A DNA stretch of 64,000 nucleotides from Thermodesulfobacteriota bacterium (GCA_039715015.1 JBDLIE010000003.1:32001-96000); one strand, 5' to 3'; numbered from the stretch's first letter, positions 1 through 11,143 are shown. The notes: generated from the letters alone by a model not told the origin. Made by a program: numbers and translations.

Positions 1-2
1 CC

Positions 3-875
3 GTGGGAGCCCGATTTGATGATCGTGTTACAGGTCGGGTAGATGCTTTTGCTCCCAAAGCCAAGATCATCCATGTGGACATTGACCCCACCTCCATCAG
101 TAAAAATGTTGAGGTCGATATTCCCATTGTTGCCGGCTGTAAAGAGGCCATGGCCCAGATGAATAAATGGGTAGATGCCAGTGGTGCTGATCTTGAGGCA
201 GAGAAGAAAAAACTTGGCCCTTGGCATGACCAGATCAAGGAGTGGAAAAATAAGCATCCGCTGGGTTATGTGGAAGAGACCGATGTCATCAAACCGCAAT
301 TCGTTATCCAAAAGCTGCATGAACTGACTAAAGGTGACGCCATTGTCACAACCGAGGTTGGTCAGCATCAGATGTGGGCAGCCCAGTTTTATCATTTTAA
401 CAATCCACGGACCCTGATCACCTCAGGCGGCCTTGGTACTATGGGCTACGGTTTTCCTGCCGCCATTGGTGCCCAGATGGCGGCACCAGGGCGTACGGTT
501 ATTGATGTTGCCGGTGATGGTTCCATGCAGATGAATATTCAGGAGTTTGCCACTGCCATGCAGGAAAGGCTGCCAGTGAAGATTGCTCTGCTCAACAATA
601 ATTATCTCGGCATGGTCCGCCAGTGGCAGGAACTCTTCTATGACAAACGCTACTCGGCTACCCCCATGGAGGTCCAGCCCGATTTTGTTAAAGTTGCTGA
701 GGCCTACGGGGCTGTTGGCCTGCGTGCCACCAAACCCAGCGAGGTAGAGCCTGTTATCAAGGAGGCCCTTGCCACTGACACCTTGGTACTGATGGATTTT
801 GTCATCGCCCGCGAAGAGGGCGTTTTTCCCATGGTTCCGGCTGGCAAGGCCACCACTGACATGCTTCTTGTCTAA
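3..875 (+). CDS. ilvB: Acetolactate synthase large subunit, C-terminal part (5' end lies outside the window)
   Basis: [30 protein letters not shown] and the ThDP-binding GDGS...NN motif; followed by the small subunit gene. Confidence 0.95.
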   Translation: MGARFDDRVTGRVDAFAPKAKIIHVDIDPTSISKNVEVDIPIVAGCKEAMAQMNKWVDASGADLEAEKKKLGPWHDQIKEWKNKHPLGYVEETDVIKPQFVIQKLHELTKGDAIVTTEVGQHQMWAAQFYHFNNPRTLITSGGLGTMGYGFPAAIGAQMAAPGRTVIDVAGDGSMQMNIQEFATAMQERLPVKIALLNNNYLGMVRQWQELFYDKRYSATPMEVQPDFVKVAEAYGAVGLRATKPSEVEPVIKEALATDTLVLMDFVIAREEGVFPMVPAGKATTDMLLV

Positions 876-931
876 GCTTTGGGTAGCTGTATCAGTTTGT
901 TGCTAGATTAAGAATAGAGTAAGGAACTCTC

Positions 932-1417
932 ATGAAACATACTATCTCCGTATTATTACAAAACAGGCCAGGTGTTCTTTCCAGGGTTACTGGACTTTTC
1001 TCCGGCCGTGGTTTTAATATTGAAAGCCTTTCTGTGGCTGAGACCATTGAAACCGGGGTCTCCTGTCTCACTTTAGTGACCAGCGGTGACGACGCCATCA
1101 TTGAACAGATCACCAAACAACTCCATAAACTTATTGATATTATCAAGGTTACAGATATCAGTGAGACAGAGTATGTTGAACGCGAAATGGCTCTTATTCG
1201 GGTTAAGGCGGAGGCCACCACCCGTGCAGAGGTTCTCCGAATCACTGATATTTTTAGGGCTCGTGTAGTTGATGTGAGTCCCAAAAGCTATGCAATAGAA
1301 GTCACGGGTACGAGAGGCAAAATTAAAGCAGTGACTGAGCTTCTGAAACCAATTGGTATACAGGAGATAGTTCGCACCGGCACTATTGCTATGACTAGGG
1401 CCTCAAAAAAGATATAA
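932..1417 (+). CDS. ilvN: Acetolactate synthase small regulatory subunit
   Basis: ACT domain NRPGVLSRVTGLFSGRGFNIESL, EREMALIRV and EIVRTG. Confidence 0.95.
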   Translation: MKHTISVLLQNRPGVLSRVTGLFSGRGFNIESLSVAETIETGVSCLTLVTSGDDAIIEQITKQLHKLIDIIKVTDISETEYVEREMALIRVKAEATTRAEVLRITDIFRARVVDVSPKSYAIEVTGTRGKIKAVTELLKPIGIQEIVRTGTIAMTRASKKI

Positions 1418-1495
1418 GTACTCTTTTTGAAACAGGTCTTCAGGTATCCACTTCCTTTTGGGGTTGTTTAGCTCCTTGGCCGATAGGATGATCTT

Positions 1496-1532
1496 GAACT
1501 GGTATCCTTTTTTTAAGGGTACCAGTTTCTTT
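1496..1532 (+). terminator. Probable intrinsic terminator after ilvBN
   Basis: Inverted repeat gaactggtatcctt / aagggtaccagtttc followed by T residues. Confidence 0.5.
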
Positions 1533-1612
1533 GTATGGGCCCCTGTATTTTGGGCAGTTCAGATCAACGAATTATCAGTTAAATATATTAGATTCAACTT
1601 GGTTAATCTTAC

Positions 1613-2257
1613 ATGAAGAAACCACAAATTCCAGTAGCATTGGAGGGCATACCCTTTATCGCTGCTGGTGCTTTTATCAGTTTGCTGCTCGCGGTTTTAC
1701 AGTATCCCATAGCCACCCTTGTCGTTGGTTTGATTACCCTGTTTGAGCTTTATTTCTTCCGAGATCCAGAACGGGTACCACCTTCAGACAAGGATGCAAT
1801 GGTATCCCCTGCAGATGGTAAGGTTATCCTGGTTGAGAAGGTGTTTGATGACCGTTTTGTCAATGACCATGTGTATAAAGTTTCGATTTTTATGAATGTT
1901 TTCAATGTTCATGTCAATCGTATTCCTTTTCCTGGTAAGGTTGAAAATATCATCTATTCGCCGGGGAAGTTTTACTCAGCCGATTCTGATAAAGGCGGGC
2001 TGGAAAACGAATTTTGTACGGTGGTTCTGGAGACAGAACAAAAACAGCGCTATGCTGTCACTCAGATAGCTGGTCTCATCGCCCGGCGTATAGTCTGTTG
2101 GGCAGAAAAGGATGACACAATTAAGCGGGGGCAACGGTTTGGTCTCATACGCTTTGGTTCCCGTGTTGATCTCTATCTTCCCTTAAAAACCCATTTAGAG
2201 GTGAGTACCGGTCAAAAAGTGAAGGCTGGTGAAACCGTTATTGGCTATTTAAGTTGA
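1613..2257 (+). CDS. psd: Phosphatidylserine decarboxylase proenzyme
   Basis: FFRDPER, SPADG, SIFMNVFNVHVNR and the FGSRVD pyruvoyl self-cleavage motif; adjacent to pssA. Confidence 0.93.
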   Translation: MKKPQIPVALEGIPFIAAGAFISLLLAVLQYPIATLVVGLITLFELYFFRDPERVPPSDKDAMVSPADGKVILVEKVFDDRFVNDHVYKVSIFMNVFNVHVNRIPFPGKVENIIYSPGKFYSADSDKGGLENEFCTVVLETEQKQRYAVTQIAGLIARRIVCWAEKDDTIKRGQRFGLIRFGSRVDLYLPLKTHLEVSTGQKVKAGETVIGYLS

Positions 2258-2345
2258 TTTTGTCTATAAACAGGTGTTTCTATAAAGAATAGTTCTTTAT
2301 TTTCTTTGCACTGCTGCTAAAAAAAATCACGTTGAGTTATTCTCT

Positions 2346-3107
2346 ATGGATCTGAGTAAAGATAACAAGAAGAATCCACCCCACGGCACGGTATATATTC
2401 TTCCTAATCTCATAACAACATTTAACCTGTTTTCAGGATTTTACTCTATCGTTTCGTCAATAAACGGTAAGTTCTTCCACGCTGCTATTGCAATTTTGAT
2501 CGCAGCAGTCTTTGACACCATGGATGGCAGGGTGGCACGTATGACCGGCACCACCAGTAAGTTCGGTCAGGAGTATGATTCCCTGTCAGATCTTATTTCT
2601 TTTGGTGCCGCTCCGGCACTTTTAGCTTACCTGTGGCTGCTTAAGCCCTATGGTCGATACGGCTGGATGGCAGCTTTTTTATTTGTTGCGACAACGGCTT
2701 TACGGCTGGCCCGGTTCAATACCCAGATTGAAGAGACCCCTAAAAATGTTTTCATTGGCCTTCCCTGTCCTGCGGCGGCGGCGATGATTGCCACCACGGT
2801 CCTTTTCTGTGGCTTTATCTGGACGGTTCAAGCTGAGTACTTAAATATTATTATGCTCTTTGCCGTCTATTTTTTGTCGTATCTGATGGTTTCCGCCCAC
2901 CATTACTGCAGTTTTAAACAGATCTCTAAACCGAACACCTTCCAGTTTATGGTGGGTACGGTGTTATTTTTTATTGTGATAGCTACTGAACCGCAAATTA
3001 CACTCTTTCTCCTTTTTGTCGGGTACATTCTATCCGCGCCCCTGGCGGGGGTTTATCGCGTATTAACCAGACAAAAAAAAAGAGAAAAAAAAACAGTGAC
3101 ACCGTAG
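2346..3107 (+). CDS. pssA: CDP-diacylglycerol--serine O-phosphatidyltransferase
   Basis: LPNLIT, the CDP-alcohol phosphotransferase motif DGRVAR...G...DSLSD, and RLARFN. Confidence 0.93.
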   Translation: MDLSKDNKKNPPHGTVYILPNLITTFNLFSGFYSIVSSINGKFFHAAIAILIAAVFDTMDGRVARMTGTTSKFGQEYDSLSDLISFGAAPALLAYLWLLKPYGRYGWMAAFLFVATTALRLARFNTQIEETPKNVFIGLPCPAAAAMIATTVLFCGFIWTVQAEYLNIIMLFAVYFLSYLMVSAHHYCSFKQISKPNTFQFMVGTVLFFIVIATEPQITLFLLFVGYILSAPLAGVYRVLTRQKKREKKTVTP

Positions 3108-3131
3108 GGTGAGTTTTTCTTCTCACAAAGA

Positions 3132-4697
3132 ATGAGTGACACGACTATGAATGCTGTAAACGGATCCTCAAACAAGGATCAGATTATAATCTTTGACACA
3201 ACCCTTCGTGATGGCGAACAGTCACCTGGGGCCACCATGAATATGCAGGAAAAGTTCAGGTTGGCTCAGCAATTGACTAAGATGCGAGTTGATGTCATTG
3301 AGGCAGGTTTTCCCATAGCTTCTGCTGGCGATTTTGACTGTGTAAAAAATATAGCTGACAATGTTAAAGATGTTCAAGTTGCCGGGTTGGCTCGAGCCAA
3401 CGTCAAAGATATTGATACGGCTTGGGAGGCCTTAAAGAATGGCTTCAACCCGCGGATTCATACATTCCTCGCCACTTCTGATATCCACCTGAAGCATAAG
3501 TTGAAAATGAGCCGGGAGCAGGTGCTGGAGCTCGCTGTTTCTTCGGTAAAGCATGCTGCAAAGTATACCCCTAATGTGGAATTTTCTGCAGAAGATGCCA
3601 CCCGCAGTGACCTGGATTTTGTCTGCAAGGTGTTTTCTGCTGTGATTGATGCCGGGGCCACCACCCTGAATTTCCCGGACACCACGGGCTATGCCATGCC
3701 GGATGAGTTTGCCGGCCAGATCCGATATTTGATGGAAAACATTCCCAATATCGACAAAGCTGTCCTCAGTGTGCATTGTCATAACGATCTGGGGCTGGCT
3801 GTTGCCAACTCTTTGGCAGCTATTAAAGCTGGTGTTCGGCAAGTGGAAACAACTATCAATGGTATTGGTGAGAGGGCTGGCAATACTGCCATGGAAGAGC
3901 TTGTTATGGCCCTGCGTACCCGGCCGGACCAGCATGATGTTACCACTAATATCATCACCGAGCAGATTCATCCTTCAAGCCGCATGGTGAGTACGATCAC
4001 CGGTATGGTGGTCCAGCCAAACAAGGCCATTGTCGGTGCTAACGCCTTTGCCCATGAGTCCGGCATTCACCAAGATGGTGTTTTAAAGGAACGGACCACT
4101 TATGAAATCATGAACCCGTCTGATGTTGGCCTTTCTTCAGGCAATCTGGTTTTAGGTAAACATTCCGGCCGGCATGCCTTGAAGGATCGTATCACATCCC
4201 TTGGCTATGATGATTTAAGCGATGAGGACCTGCAGCGTGTTTTTACCCGCTTTAAGGACCTCGCTGACCTGAAAAAAGATATTTTTGACGAAGATATTGA
4301 GTCCATCTTGATGGATGAGGTCCTGCGTATACCAAACACCTATGAACTCGTGTCCTTGGGCGCCATGAGCGGTAACCACGCTTTACCAACCACCGGGATC
4401 AAAATCCTGGTTAATGGCGAAGAACGGGAGGGTGCAGGTTTGGGAGTAGGCCCTATTGACGCGGCCTTTAAAACCATCGCTGAATTAACGGGCACCACAT
4501 GTAAGCTCCTTTATTTTGCCGTGAGCTCCATTACCGGCGGCACAGATGCCCAAGGTGAAGTGATGGTTCGCCTTGAGGACGATGGCAAGGTCGTTGTCGG
4601 CCAAGGTGCTGATCCTGATATTATTACAGCAGCTGCCAAGGCCTACATGAACGGCTTGAATCGAGCGGCCTATTTAAAGATGAAAAAGGATAACTAG
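3132..4697 (+). CDS. leuA: 2-isopropylmalate synthase
   Basis: FDTTLRDGEQ, HCHNDLG, NGIGERAGN, FAHESGIHQDG and a C-terminal regulatory domain. Confidence 0.96.
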   Translation: MSDTTMNAVNGSSNKDQIIIFDTTLRDGEQSPGATMNMQEKFRLAQQLTKMRVDVIEAGFPIASAGDFDCVKNIADNVKDVQVAGLARANVKDIDTAWEALKNGFNPRIHTFLATSDIHLKHKLKMSREQVLELAVSSVKHAAKYTPNVEFSAEDATRSDLDFVCKVFSAVIDAGATTLNFPDTTGYAMPDEFAGQIRYLMENIPNIDKAVLSVHCHNDLGLAVANSLAAIKAGVRQVETTINGIGERAGNTAMEELVMALRTRPDQHDVTTNIITEQIHPSSRMVSTITGMVVQPNKAIVGANAFAHESGIHQDGVLKERTTYEIMNPSDVGLSSGNLVLGKHSGRHALKDRITSLGYDDLSDEDLQRVFTRFKDLADLKKDIFDEDIESILMDEVLRIPNTYELVSLGAMSGNHALPTTGIKILVNGEEREGAGLGVGPIDAAFKTIAELTGTTCKLLYFAVSSITGGTDAQGEVMVRLEDDGKVVVGQGADPDIITAAAKAYMNGLNRAAYLKMKKDN

Positions 4698-4728
4698 CCC
4701 TGACTCTGATAAGTGAAGTGGGCAGTGC

Positions 4729-4763
4729 ATTAAGGGGCATCCTTCACCGGGGTGCCCCTTAAT
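4729..4763 (+). terminator. Hairpin, probable terminator after leuA
   Basis: Inverted repeat attaaggggcatcc / gggtgccccttaat. Confidence 0.55.
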
Positions 4764-4858
4764 TATTATGGTTCTTACTTTTATAGTTGGGTGTGTTTTT
4801 CAGGAAGCTTTATACGCTTCATATATTTTATATTAGATCTATTTTGAGGAAGTTGAAG

Positions 4859-5884
4859 ATGAGTAAAGAAGGATATAATGTAGCCATTGCTGGGGCCACC
4901 GGTGCAGTTGGCGGTGCCATGCTAGATGTTCTTGCCAGACGTGATTTTCCCATTAAGGAGCTGCGTCTCCTCGCCTCGGAACGTTCTGTGGGTAAAAAAC
5001 TTCAGTTTAAGGGCCAGGATATAGCTGTTGAGCTTCTTGACGAGAATGCCTTCCAGGATATCGATATAGCCCTTTTTTCCGCTGGTGCCCAAAGATCACT
5101 TGATTTTGCACCAGCAGCAGCAAGGTCTGGGGCTATTGTTGTTGATAACTCCAGCGCCTATCGCATGGACCCTGAAATCCCTCTGGTTGTGCCCGAGGTC
5201 AACCCCCATGCAATTAACGATTATAAGGACCATGGCATCATTGCCAACCCTAACTGTTCCACTATCCAGATGCTGGTAGCCCTCAAGCCAATTCTTGACA
5301 AGGTAGGCATAAAACGCATAGTTGTTTCAACCTACCAGGCGGTGTCCGGTACCGGCAATCCTGCCATTGCAGAACTTAAAGATCAGGTAAACTCCTACGC
5401 TGCAGGCCAGAAGCTCGATGCTTCTGTCTATCCTCACCAAATTGCTTTCAACTGTCTGCCTCATATCGACTCTTTTCTCGACAACGGCTACACCAAGGAA
5501 GAGATGAAGATGGTTAATGAAACCAGGAAGATCTTTGAGGATGACACCATCGGGGTTACTGCCACGACAGTCCGCGTTCCTGTTGTCTATGGACACTCCG
5601 AAGCTGTGAATATAGAGACAAAGAGCAAGATTACCGCCCAAGAGGTGAAGGACCTCATGAAGACGGCTGAAGGTGTTTTACTTGTTGATAATCCGGCCAA
5701 CAATGAATACCCCTTGGCCCTGGACTGTGAGGGTAAATTTGAGACCTTGGTTGGGCGGATTCGTGAAGATGAATCCATCGAAAATGGTATCAATATGTGG
5801 ATTGTCTCAGATAATATCTTGAAAGGCGCAGCCTTAAACGCCGTTCAGATAGCTGAGGTTTTGATCAAAGACCACATCTCTTAA
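4859..5884 (+). CDS. asd: Aspartate-semialdehyde dehydrogenase
   Basis: GATGAVG, IANPNCST, STYQAVSG and DNILKGAALNAVQIAE; start placed at ATG 4859 after a gagga RBS. Confidence 0.96.
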   Translation: MSKEGYNVAIAGATGAVGGAMLDVLARRDFPIKELRLLASERSVGKKLQFKGQDIAVELLDENAFQDIDIALFSAGAQRSLDFAPAAARSGAIVVDNSSAYRMDPEIPLVVPEVNPHAINDYKDHGIIANPNCSTIQMLVALKPILDKVGIKRIVVSTYQAVSGTGNPAIAELKDQVNSYAAGQKLDASVYPHQIAFNCLPHIDSFLDNGYTKEEMKMVNETRKIFEDDTIGVTATTVRVPVVYGHSEAVNIETKSKITAQEVKDLMKTAEGVLLVDNPANNEYPLALDCEGKFETLVGRIREDESIENGINMWIVSDNILKGAALNAVQIAEVLIKDHIS

Positions 5885-5886
5885 GC

Positions 5887-6477
5887 ATGCGTATTATCAG
5901 TGGCAGGTCTCGGGGCCGTAAGCTTCTTACTCCGAAGGAGATAAGGGGGAAGGAACCGCTTATAAGGCCTACTTCTGATAGAGCCAGGGAAGCACTGTTC
6001 AATATTATCGGCCCGCAAATTGTTGGAGCTAAGATCCTTGATCTTTTTGCCGGCACCGGCGCTTTCGGACTTGAGGCCTTGAGCAGGGGGGCTGTGCAGG
6101 CTGTTTTTGTCGATGATTCTCAATACGCCTGTTCTCTTATCGCTGAAAACTGCCAACTTTGCCATGAGGAAGAGGGCGTCTATATATTGCGTCGAAATTT
6201 GCTGAAAAGTCCTACCTTTCTAAAGAAAATGGCTGAGGATCGACCCTTTGATCTCATATTTATGGATCCGCCTTACGGCAAGGGTTTTATTAGGAACCTC
6301 CTCTATTTTTTCGGTAAAACCGCCAGCATCCTCACCGACCATGGTATGCTCATTGTTGAAGAGGTTTATGATGCTGATCTCCCTCGAGAAAGCCAGGGAC
6401 TTATACTTCAGGATTGCCGAACATATGGTAAAACTGGATTTTGGTTCTACCAAAAGGGCCTAGAAGAAAATGAGTGA
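5887..6477 (+). CDS. rsmD: 16S rRNA (guanine966-N2)-methyltransferase
   Basis: MRIISG, RPTSDRAREALFN, LDLFAGTG, EALSRGA and DPPY; upstream of coaD as is common. Confidence 0.92.
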   Translation: MRIISGRSRGRKLLTPKEIRGKEPLIRPTSDRAREALFNIIGPQIVGAKILDLFAGTGAFGLEALSRGAVQAVFVDDSQYACSLIAENCQLCHEEEGVYILRRNLLKSPTFLKKMAEDRPFDLIFMDPPYGKGFIRNLLYFFGKTASILTDHGMLIVEEVYDADLPRESQGLILQDCRTYGKTGFWFYQKGLEENE

Positions 6478-7000
6478 AAAAACGAACTATGAACCCTTTG
6501 TTCAAGATAAGGTTTCGGAAAAGATTGCCGTTTATCCCGGCACCTTTGACCCTATCACCATGGGACATATCGACATCGTCAACAGGTCACTGGAGATCTT
6601 TGACAAGGTCATCATTGCCGTTGCCATCAATCCTTCAAAGTCAGCCCTTTTTTCTCTTGAAGACCGTTTGCAGATGATTCGCGACTGTTTTCCCGCAGAT
6701 GAGGAGAGGATCTGCGTCGATTTTGTTGATGGACTCCTTGTCGATTATGCTTACCTGAAAGGGGCGGCAGCAATTGTCCGCGGTTTGCGGGCTGTTTCTG
6801 ATTTTGAATACGAGTTTCAGCTCGCCCTGATGAACAGGCGCATAGAGAAAGAGGTGGAAACCGTTTTTCTAATGACCGGTCTGCGCTGGATCTATATCAG
6901 TTCGTCAATCATCAAAGATGTTGCCCGGCACGGTGGCGACACAAGCGGCCTTGTGCCCGACCATGTTTGCGAAAAACTTCGCAAGAAATTCATGACGTGA
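6470..7000 (+). CDS. coaD: Phosphopantetheine adenylyltransferase
   Basis: YPGTFDPITMGH, RGLRAVSDFEYE and ISSS. Confidence 0.96.
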   Translation: MSEKTNYEPFVQDKVSEKIAVYPGTFDPITMGHIDIVNRSLEIFDKVIIAVAINPSKSALFSLEDRLQMIRDCFPADEERICVDFVDGLLVDYAYLKGAAAIVRGLRAVSDFEYEFQLALMNRRIEKEVETVFLMTGLRWIYISSSIIKDVARHGGDTSGLVPDHVCEKLRKKFMT

Positions 7001-8295
7001 ACCAAGAGCTCGTTATTATAGAAAAGCTGGTGGTGGGTGGTAAGGGTTTGGCCCGTCTCGCTAATGGCTTGGTTGTGCTGGTGCCCTTTGTCATTCCTGG
7101 TGAAAAGGTCCGTGTTCGCCTTGGCGAAAAGAAAAAATCTTTTCAACACGGTTTAGTGGAAGAGGTGGTTGAACCATCTCCTGATCGGGTTACTCCTCCC
7201 TGTCCCTATTTTGGCCGCTGTGGCGGTTGTCAATTACAGCATATTGATCAAAAACGTCAGGATGTCCTGAAAAAGGATATCTTTTGTGACGGATTTAGGC
7301 GAGCTGGACTCCATTTTAACGAAGAGGCCATCCACTACCTCTCTTCACCTCGGAGACTTGGTTATCGTCAGCGTATTCGTCTCCATGTTCAGGATGGAGA
7401 GTTAGGGTTCTTTCAGCAAGGCAGTCATCGCCTGCTTGAGATTGATGAATGTTTACTGGCACGGCCTGAGATAAATGCCCTGCTGCAGGAACTTGACCGT
7501 GCCGACCCATGGTTGCAGGTTGCAGATCAGGTGGCAGAGGTAGAGGTTCATGCCAATCCTGATGATCTCTCCTGTCTCTTGATTATCAATATGAAGCGCA
7601 AACCTCGGCCTCGAGATCTCGCCTCCTTAAAGGAACTCGTAACAACCTTGCCGGGTCTTTCCTCTCTTCTTGTAAAGAGTGTTGATGGGACTACTTATAC
7701 TTCTTTCCCTGAACGTATGGGTAAGATCCGCTATCATTTAGGTGCTTGTTGCCGAGATATTGAGATAGGCTTGGAGCCAGGAGGTTTTTGTCAGGTCAAC
7801 GAGGAGCAGAACCAGCAGATGGTGGACCAGGTCTTGGCTTGGCTACAGGATGAACCCAAGGGGAGACTGCTTGATCTCTTTTGCGGCGTAGGGAATTTCT
7901 CCCTTCCCTTGACTGACTTAGGATTTGCTGTGACCGGCATTGATCAGCAGCGTTCAGCCATCCGCTCTGCTGAAAAAAACGGTAAGAAGAATAATCTCAA
8001 CTGTGATTTTAGACGTGCTGCTGCCCAAGATGGTCTTGAGAAGATTGTTAATGAAGGAGAAATGTTTGACTATGTACTCCTTGATCCTCCCCGGGCCGGA
8101 TTCAAAGAGGGCAGTGCACTGTTGGCTAAGCTCCATGCCTCTCAGATCATCTACGTCTCTTGTGATCAGGCTACTTTATTTCGTGACCTTAAAGCAATAT
8201 GTGCCGGTGGTTATAAAATATCAGCGATAACCCTAGTTGATCAATTCTGTCAGAGTCACCATCTTGAATCCATGGTGCTGCTCACTCCAGCCTAA
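6997..8295 (+). CDS. RlmD/TrmA-family RNA (uracil-5)-methyltransferase with TRAM domain
   Basis: N-terminal TRAM domain, CPYFGRCGGC iron-sulfur motif, FCQVN, DLFCGVGNF, LDPPR and YVSC; GTG start overlaps the coaD stop. Confidence 0.85.
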   Translation: MNQELVIIEKLVVGGKGLARLANGLVVLVPFVIPGEKVRVRLGEKKKSFQHGLVEEVVEPSPDRVTPPCPYFGRCGGCQLQHIDQKRQDVLKKDIFCDGFRRAGLHFNEEAIHYLSSPRRLGYRQRIRLHVQDGELGFFQQGSHRLLEIDECLLARPEINALLQELDRADPWLQVADQVAEVEVHANPDDLSCLLIINMKRKPRPRDLASLKELVTTLPGLSSLLVKSVDGTTYTSFPERMGKIRYHLGACCRDIEIGLEPGGFCQVNEEQNQQMVDQVLAWLQDEPKGRLLDLFCGVGNFSLPLTDLGFAVTGIDQQRSAIRSAEKNGKKNNLNCDFRRAAAQDGLEKIVNEGEMFDYVLLDPPRAGFKEGSALLAKLHASQIIYVSCDQATLFRDLKAICAGGYKISAITLVDQFCQSHHLESMVLLTPA

Positions 8296-8296
8296 T

Positions 8297-9481
8297 TCAT
8301 TTCTTTTGGCTTACTTCCTGAGCCAATCTATCCAAAACCATTTCTCGATTATTTTTGGGCTGATTAAGGATAATAACTACAGCTGGATCTTGTGGATCTT
8401 GACCAAGATAGCCGGCATAGGAATAGACTCCGGTCATGGTTCCTGATTTAAGAAGCCATTCTTTATGGTGAGGCAGAAGATGCTTATAGGGCCTGAAGTC
8501 TTGCAGGAAAGAGAGCATAGCTGAGGCAGTAATCTGGTTGCCCCGATTAAGGCCGGCACCGTCAATGATGGTGATATCTTTATTTTTAATACCTTTTCTT
8601 TGGGCAAAAGAACTCAAAGAGCGCCGAGCCTTGTCCCAGGTGACAGGGGGACCGAATTTTTTACGCCCCATAGCTAGAAAAAACTGGTTTGCCATGAAAT
8701 TGTTGGAGTAGAGGAGCATGGCTGGGAGAAGTTCCAGGACCGGCTTCGAATAATGTATATAAAAAAGCCCGGCGTGCTGTGGGGTTTTCCGGACTGCATA
8801 TTGTCCAAGCATCTTAATGCCGTTTTGGGCGAAAATTTCCTTGAAGGTTTCTGCAGCCAGTCGTTGAGTCTGGCCACTTTCCAGGCTGACATTGATCCTG
8901 TGGAGGCCAGGTCCAAGGCCCTGTCCCAGCTCAATCATAAGAGGGATGGTGGGAGTTTGCTCTTCACCGGAGAGGATTCGCCCATCTGGCAAGATCTCGA
9001 TATTGATGGTGTTGAAATTAACGCCAAGGGCTGAAAGTGGCGTGTCGTAAGGGTTGTTTGTCGTGCTCTCAGAAATGGTTTTTTCTTCCAGTTCATAAAG
9101 GCTGTCATCAATATAGAGATGGCGGATCTCACGCAGGCCGCTTTTCTTAAGGGACTTGGCAATGTGGATGATCTCTTCTGAAATGAGCAGTGGATCGCCT
9201 TCACCTTTAATCCACAAATCAATTCCCGGAGTAACATAGAAATAGGTCGGAAAACGGTAGTTCTCACCCAGGGTTTCCAGGCTCGCCAATGACGTAATGA
9301 TCTTAAAAATTGAAGCAGGGATGTAGAGTTGGTGGGGGCGCAATTGACTGACTATCTGTCCCGTATGGTAAGCGCTTATATAGGAACCACCCTCAATAGG
9401 GGGGAATGGCGTATCCTCTTGAGCATAGAGAGCGGAGAAGGACAGGTTGAGGAAGAGAAAGATAAAAATGAGTATTTTCAT
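8297..9481 (-). CDS. dacB: D-alanyl-D-alanine carboxypeptidase/endopeptidase (peptidase S13, PBP4-like)
   Basis: Signal peptide, SxxK (PASIFK), GEGDP, SNN, DGAGL and KSGT motifs. Confidence 0.85.
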   Translation of the reverse strand: MKILIFIFLFLNLSFSALYAQEDTPFPPIEGGSYISAYHTGQIVSQLRPHQLYIPASIFKIITSLASLETLGENYRFPTYFYVTPGIDLWIKGEGDPLLISEEIIHIAKSLKKSGLREIRHLYIDDSLYELEEKTISESTTNNPYDTPLSALGVNFNTINIEILPDGRILSGEEQTPTIPLMIELGQGLGPGLHRINVSLESGQTQRLAAETFKEIFAQNGIKMLGQYAVRKTPQHAGLFYIHYSKPVLELLPAMLLYSNNFMANQFFLAMGRKKFGPPVTWDKARRSLSSFAQRKGIKNKDITIIDGAGLNRGNQITASAMLSFLQDFRPYKHLLPHHKEWLLKSGTMTGVYSYAGYLGQDPQDPAVVIILNQPKNNREMVLDRLAQEVSQKK

Positions 9482-9491
9482 CACAATAGAT

Positions 9492-9534
9492 AAAAATAGG
9501 AGTGCCGTCTCCTAGACAACACCCCTATTTTTTT
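9492..9534 (-). terminator. Intrinsic terminator after the TrpB2 gene
   Basis: Minus-strand stem ataggggtgttgtct / agacggcactcctat followed by a T run. Confidence 0.6.
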
Positions 9535-9561
9535 ATAATAAAAAGAGACGGTTATATAGTA

Positions 9562-10902
9562 TTAAACCCTGGGGAGATTCTTGGTTGCCTTAGCAATATC
9601 TTCTTCTGGGTAGTCATAATTATGGAGATCACCAGAGTAAAATTTATCATAACTGGAGAGATCCAACATACCATGACCTGAAAAATTAAAGAGGATTGTT
9701 TTAGGGTCATTAAGGTCCTGGGTAGCCTCAATAATGGCGGCCCTGATGGCGTGACAGGTCTCAGGGGCAGGGATAATTCCTTCAGTTTGAGCAAAGAGGC
9801 GTCCCGCTTCAAAACATTCTAACTGGTGAACGGAAACAGGCTCAATCATTTTCTCGCGGACCATGGCCGAAAGAATCGGTGACATGCCATGATAGCGTAA
9901 ACCGCCGGCATGGATGCCGGGTGGTATAAAATCATGGCCCAAGGTGTACATGTAGAGCAGGGGGGTCTGCTTGGCAACATCACCAAAGTCATAGGCATAG
10001 GTACCTCTGGTCAGGCTGGGACAAGAGGCGGGTTCAACGCCGACAAAGCGGATTTTCTTGCCCTCAAGTTGGTCGGTGACAAAGGGGGACATAATACCCG
10101 CAGCATTGGAGCCCCCACCACAGCAGCCAATAACCACATCCGGGTACTCACCTATCTTTTCAAGCTGTTTTTTTGCCTCTAGACCAATGATTGACTGATG
10201 CAGGATGACATGGTTAAGAACAGAACCGAGGCCATACTTGGTGTCTTCCCTTGACATGGCATCTTCGATGGCCTCACTGATGGCAATACCCAAAGAACCT
10301 GCCGTGTCTGGATGGTCTTTTTGAATCTGCCGGCCGATTTTTGTGTCGTTACTGGGGCTGGCGACAATTTCTGCCCCGTAGGTATTCATCATGGATTTAC
10401 GGTATGGTTTCTGGTCAAAAGAGACACGAACCATGTACACCTTACATTCCAGCCCGAACTTATGAGTGGCAAAGGAGAGGGCTGAACCCCACTGGCCGGC
10501 ACCGGTCTCAGTGGACATTCTTTTCACGCCTTCTCTTTTATTATAATAGGCCTGGGCTACAGCACTGTTGGTTTTATGGCTGCCTGAAGGAGAAACACCT
10601 TCATATTTGAAATAGATTTTTGCCTTTGTACCTAACGCCTTTTCAAGATTGTCGGCACGAATCAAGGGGGCCGGGCGCCAAATATGAAGTACTTCCTGTA
10701 CTTCTTCAGGAATATCAATCCAGCGCTGATCGCTCATCTCTTGCTCAAGAAGACCCATGGGGAAAATTTCGGCAAGTTTTTCAGGCCCCATGGGCTCTTT
10801 GCTATGTGGATCAAGTGGAGGAGCAATGCCGTTAGGGATATCAGGGATCACATTATACCATTGGGTAGGCATCTCACTTTCTTCTAGAAGAATTTTCTTC
10901 AT
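9562..10902 (-). CDS. trpB2: TrpB2-type tryptophan synthase beta chain-like PLP enzyme
   Basis: MPTQWYN N-terminal extension, SGSHK (PLP lysine), [19 protein letters not shown] and FNFSGHG. Confidence 0.9.
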   Translation of the reverse strand: MKKILLEESEMPTQWYNVIPDIPNGIAPPLDPHSKEPMGPEKLAEIFPMGLLEQEMSDQRWIDIPEEVQEVLHIWRPAPLIRADNLEKALGTKAKIYFKYEGVSPSGSHKTNSAVAQAYYNKREGVKRMSTETGAGQWGSALSFATHKFGLECKVYMVRVSFDQKPYRKSMMNTYGAEIVASPSNDTKIGRQIQKDHPDTAGSLGIAISEAIEDAMSREDTKYGLGSVLNHVILHQSIIGLEAKKQLEKIGEYPDVVIGCCGGGSNAAGIMSPFVTDQLEGKKIRFVGVEPASCPSLTRGTYAYDFGDVAKQTPLLYMYTLGHDFIPPGIHAGGLRYHGMSPILSAMVREKMIEPVSVHQLECFEAGRLFAQTEGIIPAPETCHAIRAAIIEATQDLNDPKTILFNFSGHGMLDLSSYDKFYSGDLHNYDYPEEDIAKATKNLPRV

Positions 10903-11062
10903 GGTTTTCTCCGATGATAATAAATCAAATGAACGAGCAAAATTTATAGGAACAAGGGCTAACTGGAAACTAGGTAAATTTACCCGGGAATATTTCCTCT
11001 GTCAAAGCTAATAGCAGATAGTTATGGACAATTTTGGCCTTTGTGAGCAAAGTATTCCCGCG

Positions 11063-11091
11063 TTGACAAAGGAGGCGTGCTGTTTTATGTT
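11063..11091 (+). promoter_or_regulatory. Sigma-70-type promoter upstream of gmhA
   Basis: TTGACA-N17-TATGTT, about 50 bp before ATG 11144. Confidence 0.5.
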
Positions 11092-11143
11092 GAACGGTTC
11101 GCAAAATAAGCCGTTTATCTCCAGGTCCCAGGGCAAAAAATAT

